Shown in pieces: positions 36,235 to 46,299 of a DNA stretch of 64,000 bases. Source of the DNA: Limisphaerales bacterium (lineage in GTDB: Bacteria; Verrucomicrobiota; Verrucomicrobiia; Limisphaerales; UBA11358); the NCBI GenBank assembly GCA_003134375.1, contig PLAY01000179.1, forward strand, positions 851 to 64,850, written 5' to 3'. Positions within the stretch are counted from its first letter, which is position 1. The number at the start of each line of letters is the position of its first letter. The position numbers and the translations under genes were made by a program. Under the pieces are notes generated by a model, which saw nothing but the letters and a program-made list of their open reading frames with translations, had not been told where the DNA came from and ran no database searches.

Positions 36235-39200
36235 CCGTCGGCCACCATGACGGCCAGCAAACAAACGCGGAGCAAAAGAATCTAAATAATTATCGCATTA
36301 CCGACGCCGACCGGCTGGGTGAAGGCGGACCCAAGCAGAAGTTTTCCCAAAATCTCAAGGCCATCGAAATCTTGCGGGCGCTGGATGCGGAGGATCGTCC
36401 GGCTTCACCGGATGAAAAAGCTTTGCTGGTCAAATATGTCGGCTGGGGTGCAATGCCCCAGGTGTTCGACGTGGACAGCACGAGCTGGCACAACGAACAA
36501 ATCCGGCTTTCGGAAATTTTGTCCGACGAGGAACACCGTTCCGCCCGCGCCACCACCCTCAACGCCCATTACACCGCCCCGGTGGTCATCCGCTCCATGT
36601 ATGAAGCCGCACAGCGTTTTGGTTTTCAGGGCGGCAACATCTTGGAACCGGCCTGCGGCATCGGCCACTTCATCGGTCTCATGCCGGAGACGATGCTGAA
36701 AAATTCAGCCATCACCGGCATTGAAATTGATCCGTTGACCGCGCGCATCGCCAAGGCGTTGTATCCTGATGCCGACATCCGCGAGCAACCGTTTGAAAAA
36801 TCAAAACTGTTGGACGATGCTTTCGACCTCGCCATCTCCAATGTGCCGTTTGGCGATTATACCGTCCATGACCCGCGCTGGAATGATTTCAAGTTTCCCA
36901 TTCACGATTATTTCTTTGCCGCCGCGCTCGACAAGGTGCGTCCGGGCGGCCTGCTGATGTTTGTCACGTCGCGTCACACGCTGGATAAACTAGATTCAAC
37001 TCTGCGTGAAACGCTCTCCAGCAAAACTGAATTCCTTGCTGCGATTCGTCTGCCCAACACCGCGTTCAAGAAAAATGCCGGCACGGAAGTGACCACCGAC
37101 ATCGTGATGCTTCGCAAGCTGCGCGTCGGCGAATCCCCACCCGGCCCGGCATGGAAATCAGCGGTAGATTTTACCAACGACCGTCAGGAAAAGTTTTCCC
37201 TTAACGAATACTTCGCCGCCCATCCCGAAATGATGCTGGGCAATATGCGGCTCGCTCGTGGAATGTATCGGGACGGTGAACCCGTCTTGCTGCCGGACGA
37301 CCGGGACCTGGGCGAGGCACTGGCACAGGCGGTTGCCCGGCTGCCCCAAAACATTTACGAAGTCCAAACCGAATCCGCCGCCGAAAAAGTTTTTGATCCG
37401 GCGATTCCCGCGCCGGATTACATCAAACCCAATGCCTATTGCATTCACGAGGATGGCCGGTTGTGCCTGAACGAAGATGGTGTCCTGTGTCCGCTGGATG
37501 ATATGCCCGTCGAGACCCGTTCGCGGATTCGACGGCTGATTGACGTGCGGGATGCGGTGCGGGATTGCCTGCGCTCGCAACTCGATGGCAGTGGTGAGGA
37601 GCGGGTGATTGAGACCCGCGAAAAGCTAAATCATGCCTATGACCGCTTCATTGCCCGTTTTGGCCCCATCAATGCCACGGTCAATCAGCGGGCTTTTCAC
37701 GGCGACCCGGATATGCCGCTGCTGCTCTCGTTGGAAAATTACGACGAGGAAACCAGCCGGGCGGTCAAAGCGTCCGTCTTCCGCGAACGGACGATTCACC
37801 ACAAGCAGCCGGTTCAATCGGTCGGTTCGCCCAAGGAAGCGCTGCTCGTTTCGCTGAATGAAAAAGGCCGGGTGGATTTGAACCGCATGGCTTCATTGCT
37901 GGCCCGTCCGGCAGAGGAATTTTTGCCCGACTTGAAGGGGATGATTTTTCTTCATCCGCAGACCAAGCAGTGGGAAACCGAAGACCAATACCTTTCCGGC
38001 AATGTCCGCGAGAAACTTGTCGCCGCCGATTCCGCCAGCGTCGCCGATGCCCGCTTCCGCGAAAATGTCGAGGCGTTGAAATCGGTGCAACCAGCGGATT
38101 TGCCCGCCACCGAGATTGACGTGCGGCTGGGCGCGTCCTGGTTGCCGCCCTCGGACGTGCAAGATTTCGTCCACGGATTGCTCGGCGTTCCGTCAGGTGT
38201 TGAGGTCGGCCACATCCACGCGCTCGGCTCTTGGCATGTCACCGCCAATTGGGAGGCGAAAGGGGCGACCGCCAACACGACCGATTGGGGAACGAATCGC
38301 TATACCGCCCTCGAACTCATCGAGGAAACGCTCAATCTCAAAACGCCCACCGTTTATGATTATGTGGACAAGAAACCCGTCGTCAACGCGCAGTCCACCG
38401 AGGCCGCGCGGGAGAAGCAGGAACGCATCAAGGAACGGTTTGCGAAATGGATCTGGTCGGATGACGACCGGCGGGAACGGCTTTGCCGCCTTTACAATGA
38501 CACGTTCAATCATTCGCGCGTTCGCACATTCAACGGCGAACACCTGACCTTGCCGGGAGCCAGTGCGGCCGTTCAACTTCACATTCACCAGAAGTCAGGC
38601 GTGTGGCGCATTTTGCAAACGCCCAACACGCTGCTCGGCCATGTCGTCGGCGCGGGCAAGACTTACACGATGGTTGCCGCCGCGATGGAGTTGAAGCGGC
38701 TGGGGCTGGCGCGCAAGCCCATGTTCGCCGTGCCCAATCACATGCTCGGCCAGTTTTCGACCGAGTTGCTCATGTTGTATCCGGGCGCAAACATCCTCGT
38801 GGCGGGCAAGGAAGACTTCGAGTCGCAGAACCGCAAGAAACTATTCAGCCGCATCGCCACCGGCAATTGGGATGCCGTCATCGTCACACACTCTGGTTTC
38901 GAGCGCATCCCATTGTCACGCGAAACCCAGGAACGTTTTTTTAAAGAGCAGTTGGAGGAATTGGAAAAGATCAAACGGGAACATGCCAACGACGATAATC
39001 GGCGCTTGGTGAAGGAACTCGAAAAGGCCAAAAAACGATTGGAAGCCAAACTCGAAGCCCTCGCCGCGACACACAAGAAAGATAACACTCTGACTTTCGA
39101 GGAACTCGGCATTGACCGGCTCTTTGTGGACGAGGCGCACTATTTCAAAAATCTTTTCTACATTTCAAAAATGACCCGCATCGCCGGGCTACCGCAAACA

Positions 39201-41075
39201 GCCAGCGAGCGCGCCTTTGATATGTATTTGAAAGTTCGTCACATCCAGTCAGCGAACGGCGGCGGCGGTGTCGTCTTCGCTACCGGCACGCCCATCGCCA
39301 ACAGCATGGCCGAGATGTTCACCATGCAACGCTATATGCAGCCGGAGGATTTGAAAAAGCACAACCTGAATCATTTTGATTCATGGGCCGCGACCTTCGG
39401 CGAGCCGGTAACGGCGATGGAGCTTGCGCCGGACGGTGCCGGCTACCGGCTGAACACGCGCTTCGCGCGGTTCATCAATGTGCCGGAGCTGATGCAGATT
39501 TTCCGGCAGACGGCAGACGTGCAGACCGCGCAAATGCTCAATCTCGCGCGTCCGAAACTGGAAGGTGAAAAACCAGGAATCCGTAATGCGCCGGCATCGG
39601 CGGAACTGAAAGAGTTTGTCGAAGGTCTCTCGCGCCGCGCCGAGGCGCTGAAACGCGGGCGGGTTGACCCGCGCGAAGATAACATGCTCAAAATCACCAC
39701 CGAAGGCCGCAAGGCCGCGCTGGATTTGCGGCTGATGAAACCCGGCTTGCCGGATGATCCGCAGAGCAAAGTAAATCTCGCGGTGGAAAAAATTCATCAG
39801 ATTTGGGAGGCGACGAAGGATGATCGTTTGGCGCAGCTTGTGTTTTGCGATTTGTCCACGCCGCAAGACCGTGGCTTTTCCGTTTATTGCGACATGGCCG
39901 ACAAATTGAAACGCCTGGGCATCCCGGAAAACGAAATCGCTTTTATTCAGGATTACGATGCGGACGATGCGAAGCTGGCGTTGTTCCGTTCCGTCCGCGC
40001 AGGCAAAGTCCGTGTCCTGTTCGGCAGCACACAGAAAATGGGTTCTGGCACGAACGTCCAAGAGCGGTTGATTGCGCTGCATCATTTGGACGCGCCGTGG
40101 CGACCGGCTGACGTGGAGCAGCGCGAGGGACGTATTCTCCGGCAGGGCAACAAAAACTCCACCGTGCAGATTTATCGTTACGTCACCGAAGGCTCGTTCG
40201 ATGCCTATATGTGGCAGACGTTGGAGACGAAGGCGAAGTTCATCTCCCAAGTGATGAGCGGGGACATGACGATTCGCCGTCTCGAAGACATGGACTCCGC
40301 TGCGTTGACCTATGCCGAGATCAAAGCAATAGCGTCCGGCAATCCGCTCGTCATTGAAAAAGCCCAGGTGGATGCCGAGTTGATCCGGTTGACCCGGCTG
40401 CGCTCCGCCCATGCCGAGGAGCAGTATCGCATCCGCGCCAGCCTGCGCCATTCACACGAGGAGGTGCAGACCTGGACGGAACGACTCGCAAACTTGCGCG
40501 AGGATTTGACTCTCCGGCAGGACACTGCCGGCGACAAATTTCGCGTCGAGCTGGATAAGCAAACTCTGGACAATCGCGGCATCGCCGGGGAATTGTTATT
40601 ACGGCGGGCGGAGAAGATCAAAACTCGTTTCGGTGAGGACATCCGCCTTGGACGCTTTGCCGGTTTTGATTTATCCATCCGTGCCGGTTTCAACAACACC
40701 GCCGAACTCATTCTGCGCGGCAAAAACAGTTACAGCACCCGCATCACCGACACGGCCCTTGGCACCATCCGCTCGCTCGAATCGGTGGTGCAGGGATTTG
40801 AAGAACGCGCCGCGCGGCTGGAATCCGACATCAAGGATTCGCAAAAGCGCGCGACCGAACTGGAAGCCAAGGTCGGCTCGCCCTTCGAGAAGGAGGAGCG
40901 TTATCACAAACTGGTCAACCGCCAGTCGGAAATCGAGGAGAAACTTGATCTCACCAAGAATCAGGCACCGAACCAGCTTGAGGCCGCTGAAAACACCGAG
41001 GCCAGCGTCCAAGTTGAGCAGCCCGATAATACTGAAACTATCAAACATAAACCCACCCGGAGAATGAAAGTATGA
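36186..41075 (+). CDS. N6-adenine DNA methyltransferase fused to an SNF2/DEAD-like helicase (P1 DarB-like, MGE anti-restriction type)
   Basis: MTase motif I is LEPACGIGHFIG and motif IV is ISNVPFG. The helicase has VVGAGKTY, LFVDEAHYFKN, TGTPIANS and QREGRILRQGN. The start is uncertain: the ORF opens at 35886 and the first plausible ATG is 36186. Confidence 0.9.
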   Translation: MGNGAGELHPASSRDLAVGHHDGQQTNAEQKNLNNYRITDADRLGEGGPKQKFSQNLKAIEILRALDAEDRPASPDEKALLVKYVGWGAMPQVFDVDSTSWHNEQIRLSEILSDEEHRSARATTLNAHYTAPVVIRSMYEAAQRFGFQGGNILEPACGIGHFIGLMPETMLKNSAITGIEIDPLTARIAKALYPDADIREQPFEKSKLLDDAFDLAISNVPFGDYTVHDPRWNDFKFPIHDYFFAAALDKVRPGGLLMFVTSRHTLDKLDSTLRETLSSKTEFLAAIRLPNTAFKKNAGTEVTTDIVMLRKLRVGESPPGPAWKSAVDFTNDRQEKFSLNEYFAAHPEMMLGNMRLARGMYRDGEPVLLPDDRDLGEALAQAVARLPQNIYEVQTESAAEKVFDPAIPAPDYIKPNAYCIHEDGRLCLNEDGVLCPLDDMPVETRSRIRRLIDVRDAVRDCLRSQLDGSGEERVIETREKLNHAYDRFIARFGPINATVNQRAFHGDPDMPLLLSLENYDEETSRAVKASVFRERTIHHKQPVQSVGSPKEALLVSLNEKGRVDLNRMASLLARPAEEFLPDLKGMIFLHPQTKQWETEDQYLSGNVREKLVAADSASVADARFRENVEALKSVQPADLPATEIDVRLGASWLPPSDVQDFVHGLLGVPSGVEVGHIHALGSWHVTANWEAKGATANTTDWGTNRYTALELIEETLNLKTPTVYDYVDKKPVVNAQSTEAAREKQERIKERFAKWIWSDDDRRERLCRLYNDTFNHSRVRTFNGEHLTLPGASAAVQLHIHQKSGVWRILQTPNTLLGHVVGAGKTYTMVAAAMELKRLGLARKPMFAVPNHMLGQFSTELLMLYPGANILVAGKEDFESQNRKKLFSRIATGNWDAVIVTHSGFERIPLSRETQERFFKEQLEELEKIKREHANDDNRRLVKELEKAKKRLEAKLEALAATHKKDNTLTFEELGIDRLFVDEAHYFKNLFYISKMTRIAGLPQTASERAFDMYLKVRHIQSANGGGGVVFATGTPIANSMAEMFTMQRYMQPEDLKKHNLNHFDSWAATFGEPVTAMELAPDGAGYRLNTRFARFINVPELMQIFRQTADVQTAQMLNLARPKLEGEKPGIRNAPASAELKEFVEGLSRRAEALKRGRVDPREDNMLKITTEGRKAALDLRLMKPGLPDDPQSKVNLAVEKIHQIWEATKDDRLAQLVFCDLSTPQDRGFSVYCDMADKLKRLGIPENEIAFIQDYDADDAKLALFRSVRAGKVRVLFGSTQKMGSGTNVQERLIALHHLDAPWRPADVEQREGRILRQGNKNSTVQIYRYVTEGSFDAYMWQTLETKAKFISQVMSGDMTIRRLEDMDSAALTYAEIKAIASGNPLVIEKAQVDAELIRLTRLRSAHAEEQYRIRASLRHSHEEVQTWTERLANLREDLTLRQDTAGDKFRVELDKQTLDNRGIAGELLLRRAEKIKTRFGEDIRLGRFAGFDLSIRAGFNNTAELILRGKNSYSTRITDTALGTIRSLESVVQGFEERAARLESDIKDSQKRATELEAKVGSPFEKEERYHKLVNRQSEIEEKLDLTKNQAPNQLEAAENTEASVQVEQPDNTETIKHKPTRRMKV

Positions 41076-41320
41076 AACAAGGCAACATCATTGGAAAACG
41101 TATCCGCCTCGTGCGCGAACTGCGGAGATGGACGCAGCAACAGTTCGCCCGAAAACTTCGCGACGCGGGCCACGATGTCAGTCGTGACATCGTGGCGCGC
41201 TGGGAACTCTGCGAAACCCCGGTCACAGACACGCGCCTGCTTGGCATCGCCACCGTCCTGCGGGTTTCCGTTCTGGATCTGTTTCCGCCCAGAGGACGGG
41301 GACGGCCTCGGATATTTTGA
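41072..41320 (+). CDS. XRE-family HTH regulator, translationally coupled to the MTase-helicase (ATGA)
   Basis: IGKRIRLVRELRRWTQQQFARKLRDAGHDVSRDIVARWE...LGIATVLRVSVLDLF. Confidence 0.75.
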   Translation: MKQGNIIGKRIRLVRELRRWTQQQFARKLRDAGHDVSRDIVARWELCETPVTDTRLLGIATVLRVSVLDLFPPRGRGRPRIF

Positions 41321-41337
41321 CCGGCCAGATTTTTTCC

Positions 41338-41646
41338 ATGAACAAGGAAGATAAATATACGTTTCTCGCTTTGCCGTTGCTTCCCGTCCGGCTGAACGCC
41401 TTGGAAGCGGCATGGTATCTCGGCTTCCAGCCCCATGAGATTTCCATTCTGACCGGCGCGGGGATGCTGGAACCGCTCGGCCATCCTCCCGCCAACACGC
41501 CCAAGTTTTTTTCTACCGAATCGCTGGCGGAGTTGCGGGACAATCAGAAGTGGCTTGAAAAGGCGACGGATGCCATCAGCACTTACTGGCGGCGCAAGAA
41601 TGGACAAAAGCGGGCTGGCCGAAATGGCCGGACCAGCCAATCCTAG
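41338..41646 (+). CDS. excisionase-like small HTH protein (intact copy)
   Basis: It is a paralog of 11330..11659. Its 3' 214 bp are duplicated at 46051..46264. Confidence 0.6.
   Translation: MNKEDKYTFLALPLLPVRLNALEAAWYLGFQPHEISILTGAGMLEPLGHPPANTPKFFSTESLAELRDNQKWLEKATDAISTYWRRKNGQKRAGRNGRTSQS
41425..41638. repeat. 214-bp direct repeat, copy 1
   Basis: A hand alignment to 46051..46264 gives 7 mismatches and no indels. Confidence 0.85.
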
Positions 41647-41849
41647 CGTAGCCAGTTGATTTCTGGGCATTTGCTACAATTTACTGCATCACCGCCTGAT
41701 GGAACGCTACAAGGACAGCAACGCGGATTTCTACGGTGCGTATCAAGTCGCTCGCATCATGGTGGACGCTGGCGGCGGCAGCGGCACACCGCCCACGCCG
41801 CCGACACCGCCCGCGACACCGGGCAAATAAAATCAATTCTCTCAAAAGC

Positions 41850-41879
41850 AAAACGGCCTTTGGAAGCAAAGGCCGTTTT
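41850..41879. terminator. bidirectional rho-independent terminator
   Basis: AAAACGGCCTTTG-GAAG-CAAAGGCCGTTTT forms a 13-bp perfect stem flanked by A-run and T-run. It lies 25 bp past the stop of the minus-strand giant gene. Confidence 0.75.
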
Positions 41880-41903
41880 TATTTTTAATCTCCGAAAACG
41901 AAT

Positions 41904-44900
41904 CTACGGCGTCACCCGGTAAAAACGCTGTTTGAAATTCGTGGCTGCGGAATCGTTCAAATAAAACACTGCATTCGAGCCGGTAAAATTCGTGAACGGC
42001 TGCCAGTTGATTAGGTTCGTCGAAGTTTGAACTATGTAGTTGCTGCTCATCAGGCCGTAAAATGCCAGTTGAAAATTGCCATTGGACAGTCGTTGCGGAC
42101 TTACAATTGTGTTGTCCGGCGGAGTCACAAAGAAAGATTGTGTCACGCTGGTTGCCGCTGCGTATGAATTATTGCCCGCTTGTGACGCGTTGACGGTGAC
42201 AGTTCCCCATCCATTCAAAACGAGAATGTTTCCGCTTAACGCCGCTGGACCGGACACAATCGAAAAACTTACCGGCAAGCCGGAATCCGCCGTTGCATTA
42301 AGCGGGAATGGCGCGTCGCCTTGCTTCTGCTGGCTTAATGCGCCAAACGTAATTGTCTGCTGCATCTGGCTTACATTAAAACTTTGTTGCACCGGCACTG
42401 CTGCACTGTAATTCGAGTTGCCGGGCTGCCACGCAATTGCCGTCACCGTGCCAGCGCCAAGCAATGTAAGAACATTGTTTGTGTCTAACGCTGCTGGGCC
42501 AGATAAAACATTAAGATAAACTGGCAAGCCAGAACTAGAGGTGGCCGAAAGCGCAAATGGCGCGTCGCCAAATACCTGATCGCTCAAAGCGCCAAAGGTG
42601 ATGGTCTGCGGCAATCTTGTATCAAGCGGCGAATAGGTCACGAGAATTGATGCGATGGCTGAATAATTTCCGGCACTATCGCGACTGCGAGCCTGAATCG
42701 TATTAGTTCCAGAAACCAGATTGACCGAGCCGGTCCAAATGGTCGTCCCGGTTGCTGTCTGCCACGCTCCGCCGTTAAGTTGCAACTCAACCAACGCAAC
42801 GGATGTATCATCTGCGGCAGTGCCGTTGACAGAAAGCACGGATTCATTGAATTGAGCCCCGTCAGCAGGATTGGTAATTGAAATCGTTGGAGGTAGCACA
42901 TCGCCAAAAGCCGACGCTTTTGCGGCCCATTTCAGAGCACTTCTGGTTGTGTTTCCATTATTATTTTCAAGCCAGTAGACGTTCGTCGAATCAACCGTTA
43001 TCGCGACAGGTTGAGCGAGATTTGTGGCCAGAGTAATAATCGGCCCGCCACTCAGAGGCATTTGCCTGACACTTCCATTCGTCCCGAGGGGATTCCCGGC
43101 TTCTACCCAATAAATGTTTGTAGCATCAAGTGCCAGATCGTATGCGTCATTCAGATTTGACGCCAAGGTTTGCCTTATGCCGCCTCCGATGGGCACGCGA
43201 TATATGCTTTCGCTACCCGTGAAATAAGCAAAACCGTCCTGAATCGCTAATCCCGGCTCAACGTTTACACCGCTGGACAGCGTTATTCTTGAACCGCCAA
43301 TTGGTTGTGCAAATACAACAGCGGGATAAGTCGTCTGTGACCAAACCACTGTATTGTTCGTGACACGAATCGAGGCGATGTCTTGTGAGCCTGTAGCGAC
43401 CGTCGTGACTGATCCTCCGGCGGTTGGAACAGAGTAAATCAAGCCAGAGGGGACGCCCCAAAAGACCACATTGTTTTGAACGGTGATGGCGTCATATAAC
43501 GAACTGCCAGTGGCAAGGGTCGTCGGCGTCCCGCCGGATTTCAAAAGTTTTTGCACCTTCGTTCCAGAATCCAAATAGTAAAGGTAGTTTCCATCTAATA
43601 CCATTTGGCCAAAGCCATACAAAGAACTTGTTGCTACGGCGGTTTCTCCGGCACCGGTTTTGGACACTCGTTTGAGAACACTGGGCTCTGACCAAAATAC
43701 ATAGTTGTCATCCACCGCAATACTTCGTGGAGAAGACAATCCCGTCGCCAGCGTTCCGGGTGGAGGCGGAGTTCCCGCCTGAGTGATAGTGAATGTAGCA
43801 ACAAATGTTTGTCCACCATCCGCCGAGAGCAAGATCGCTGCGCTCCGCGGCAATGAACCAAAATAAGGTTGGACTGTGTATTGGACCGAATCACTACCGG
43901 TGTGGTCTTGCTGGCTTATGAGCGTGATCCAATTGGCATTTCGCGATATTGACCAAAAACAGATTGAGCCTGCGTATACCGAGAATGAGTTGGTCCCACC
44001 AACCGCTGGCACATTGGCTCCCGGCGCACTCAGTGTAAACGTGCAAGCACCCGCATTTCCGTTTTGATTGATCGTGAAGGATCCCCCATCCGTGGTGATC
44101 ACACCGCTTCGCGGCGAAATTGAAGGATTGTAATCCACCTGATAAAATACGCCATGCGTTCCGTTGCCGGATGAGCCGGAGGTAATGGTCACCCAACTTA
44201 GATTTTCCGATGCAGTCCACGTGCAGCCGGCAGGTGCAATGACGTTGAATGCCCCGCTGCCACCCGCTGCCGCCCATATATCGCTATATGCGGAAAGAGA
44301 GTAGCTACAATTTGCGATTGCTGCATAAATGGCGTTCACCGTTATCTGCTGATTTGCCACAACGGAAAGAACCAAGTTCGTGGGCGTGTTGTAACCTGAA
44401 ACTGATTTGAGCGAAACTGTATGCGAACCCGGAGAAAGACCCACGGCAACATCGCCGTTGTTAAGATAACTGCCGTTGTCCACGCGCCATTGTGCTCCGG
44501 CGGACACCGCGCCTGATGGAGTGATATTCACGGTGATTGAGCCGGTGCTAGGCGGTGCATTTACCGTGTATGTTCCGCTCGCCGTGGTTTGTGCATTCGC
44601 GTTAATGGTTACGGTTTGGCTGGAAGGCGTCGTGTAGCCGGAAACCGGTTTGAATGAAACCGTGTGTGAGCCGGGCGAAAGCGCAGTAGCCACGCCACCG
44701 TTGACATAATAAGCACCGCCGTCCACTTGCCATTGTGCTCCGGCGGAAACCGCGCCCGCCGGTGAAAGATTCACGACCAAAGAACCTGTTGGATTTGCTG
44801 GCGGCGCATTGACGGTGAAATAACCAAAGTTCGATGTCTGACTCCCATTGACAACTTGCACCGTCCAATTCGCCTGACTTGTTCCGACTGAAATATAATA

Positions 44901-45914
44901 ATCAAGTTCGTTGGCAGCATAGGAACTTGGAATCCTGCCAGTGTAAGACGGATTCACGCCGTCATTGAATGTCAGCGTTGAACTGCCTGTAAAGCCCGAG
45001 CCGATGATACGGATGAGCTGTGTCTGTCCAATTGGCAGGCCGGTAAGAGTTGAAGGAGAAACGTAGGTGATAGAAGGAGCCGAGGCCGTCGCCACCACAT
45101 CAAAACGATTCCAAGATGATTGTGGCGCACCGAAAGTTGGATTGGCCAATCCTTGAAGCAGTTGCCATTTTGCAGGAAGGTTCAAAAGGTCTGCCGCAAG
45201 TGATAACAATCCGCTTGCATTGGAAAAAAATGTATTTACTTGATCGGTGGTGAAACCGTTCTTGGTCAAGATTTGGCCTATTGCGCTTTGAACCTGCCCA
45301 CAATTCGCTGCCAGCGATCCTATGTCAGTTGCGACGCCCGGCAGATTGAAATTTTTCAAATCAACGACCAATGATCCAATGCCGTTGCCGAGGGTTGAAA
45401 ATACATTGTCCAAAAGAGGATCAATATCGCCGGTCAGGGAATTCACAGGCGATTCATCGAACGCGTTCGGCGGAAGCGGAATTGTCAATAAACCGCGCGT
45501 CAGGAAATCCACTGTCGTAGCACCAAAGAGCGCCGCGCATTGAGGGTTCAGGGATTGAAAATTCAATCCGGTGGGGGTTGTCACGTCGAATTCAAGGTAG
45601 GAAGTTGCCGTGAATGAAACATTGTTAAAAGTTTTTGTTCCGCCTGGTCCCAAAAGGTAAACGGTGTAAGGGAGTGCGACGGGACTTTTTGGTGTGGGCG
45701 TGATGTTCTGTTGAATATAAACCCACGTTCCAGAAGTGTTTTGGATCTGGACTGTCACCTGCAATGTATTGCCCACAACGGTGGGATTGGAATAGGTGAC
45801 GTTTATCGCGGTCTGATAGCTCGCAGATGACGTGAGCGAAAGATTAACCGCCAAACTTTGCCCGCAAATAAAAACAACGAAAAGCATTCCGAGCAATGTG
45901 AATCTATTTTTCAT
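41904..45914 (-). CDS. giant secreted/surface protein with repeated beta domains, a BACON-like domain, a YWTD/DUF5050-like beta-propeller and Ig-like domains
   Basis: Signal peptide is MKNRFTLLGMLFVVFICGQSLA. The duplicated unit is PSGAVSAGAQW.VD.G.Y.NG..A..LSPGSHTVS.K.VSGY.TP. Propeller-like repeats are NYVFWSE/NVYWLE. The C-terminal YIVQTSTNLINWQP...RFYRV tail is similar to the end of 49114..53316. Confidence 0.85.
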   Translation of the reverse strand: MKNRFTLLGMLFVVFICGQSLAVNLSLTSSASYQTAINVTYSNPTVVGNTLQVTVQIQNTSGTWVYIQQNITPTPKSPVALPYTVYLLGPGGTKTFNNVSFTATSYLEFDVTTPTGLNFQSLNPQCAALFGATTVDFLTRGLLTIPLPPNAFDESPVNSLTGDIDPLLDNVFSTLGNGIGSLVVDLKNFNLPGVATDIGSLAANCGQVQSAIGQILTKNGFTTDQVNTFFSNASGLLSLAADLLNLPAKWQLLQGLANPTFGAPQSSWNRFDVVATASAPSITYVSPSTLTGLPIGQTQLIRIIGSGFTGSSTLTFNDGVNPSYTGRIPSSYAANELDYYISVGTSQANWTVQVVNGSQTSNFGYFTVNAPPANPTGSLVVNLSPAGAVSAGAQWQVDGGAYYVNGGVATALSPGSHTVSFKPVSGYTTPSSQTVTINANAQTTASGTYTVNAPPSTGSITVNITPSGAVSAGAQWRVDNGSYLNNGDVAVGLSPGSHTVSLKSVSGYNTPTNLVLSVVANQQITVNAIYAAIANCSYSLSAYSDIWAAAGGSGAFNVIAPAGCTWTASENLSWVTITSGSSGNGTHGVFYQVDYNPSISPRSGVITTDGGSFTINQNGNAGACTFTLSAPGANVPAVGGTNSFSVYAGSICFWSISRNANWITLISQQDHTGSDSVQYTVQPYFGSLPRSAAILLSADGGQTFVATFTITQAGTPPPPGTLATGLSSPRSIAVDDNYVFWSEPSVLKRVSKTGAGETAVATSSLYGFGQMVLDGNYLYYLDSGTKVQKLLKSGGTPTTLATGSSLYDAITVQNNVVFWGVPSGLIYSVPTAGGSVTTVATGSQDIASIRVTNNTVVWSQTTYPAVVFAQPIGGSRITLSSGVNVEPGLAIQDGFAYFTGSESIYRVPIGGGIRQTLASNLNDAYDLALDATNIYWVEAGNPLGTNGSVRQMPLSGGPIITLATNLAQPVAITVDSTNVYWLENNNGNTTRSALKWAAKASAFGDVLPPTISITNPADGAQFNESVLSVNGTAADDTSVALVELQLNGGAWQTATGTTIWTGSVNLVSGTNTIQARSRDSAGNYSAIASILVTYSPLDTRLPQTITFGALSDQVFGDAPFALSATSSSGLPVYLNVLSGPAALDTNNVLTLLGAGTVTAIAWQPGNSNYSAAVPVQQSFNVSQMQQTITFGALSQQKQGDAPFPLNATADSGLPVSFSIVSGPAALSGNILVLNGWGTVTVNASQAGNNSYAAATSVTQSFFVTPPDNTIVSPQRLSNGNFQLAFYGLMSSNYIVQTSTNLINWQPFTNFTGSNAVFYLNDSAATNFKQRFYRVTP

Positions 45915-46050
45915 ATCAAGCCTTTTGCCGATTTTCACCGACCTTCTCACCTGATGAAAACAATGTCAATCCAAGCATTTCCCACTTGTGGGAACGCCGG
46001 CGGCGCAAACTGCCCACATGGCAGCGTCCATGCAAAAGCAACTTGGTCAA

Positions 46051-46264
46051 TTCCAGCCCCATGAGATTTCCATTCTGACCGGCGCGGGGATGCTGGAACC
46101 GCTCGGACATCCTCCCGCCAACACTCCCAAGTTTTTTTCGACCGAATCGCTGGCGGAGTTGCGGGACAATCAGAAGTGGCTCGAAAAGGCGACCGATGCC
46201 ATCAGCACTTTCTGGCGGCGCAAGAATGGACAAAAGCGGGCTGGTCGAAATGGCCGGACCAGCC
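46051..46264. repeat. 214-bp direct repeat, copy 2
   Basis: See copy 1 at 41425..41638. Confidence 0.85.
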
Positions 46265-46290
46265 CGTCTTCGCGTGCGTCAGGCGGGTAG
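46051..46290 (+). pseudogene. 5'-truncated second copy of the excisionase-like gene
   Basis: It encodes ..FQPHEISILTGAGMLEPLGHPPANTPKFFSTESLAELRDNQKWLEKATDAISTFWRRKNGQKRAG.. but lacks the first roughly 30 codons and a start. Confidence 0.7.
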
Positions 46291-46299
46291 CGACAGGGC

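Noticed and set aside
39381-40451. 356-aa minus-strand ORF. The same applies to 26969-27766, 27824-28396 and 30707-31288.
   Set aside because: These are shadow ORFs opposite strongly supported genes (the MTase-helicase, VirB4 and VirB6-like genes).
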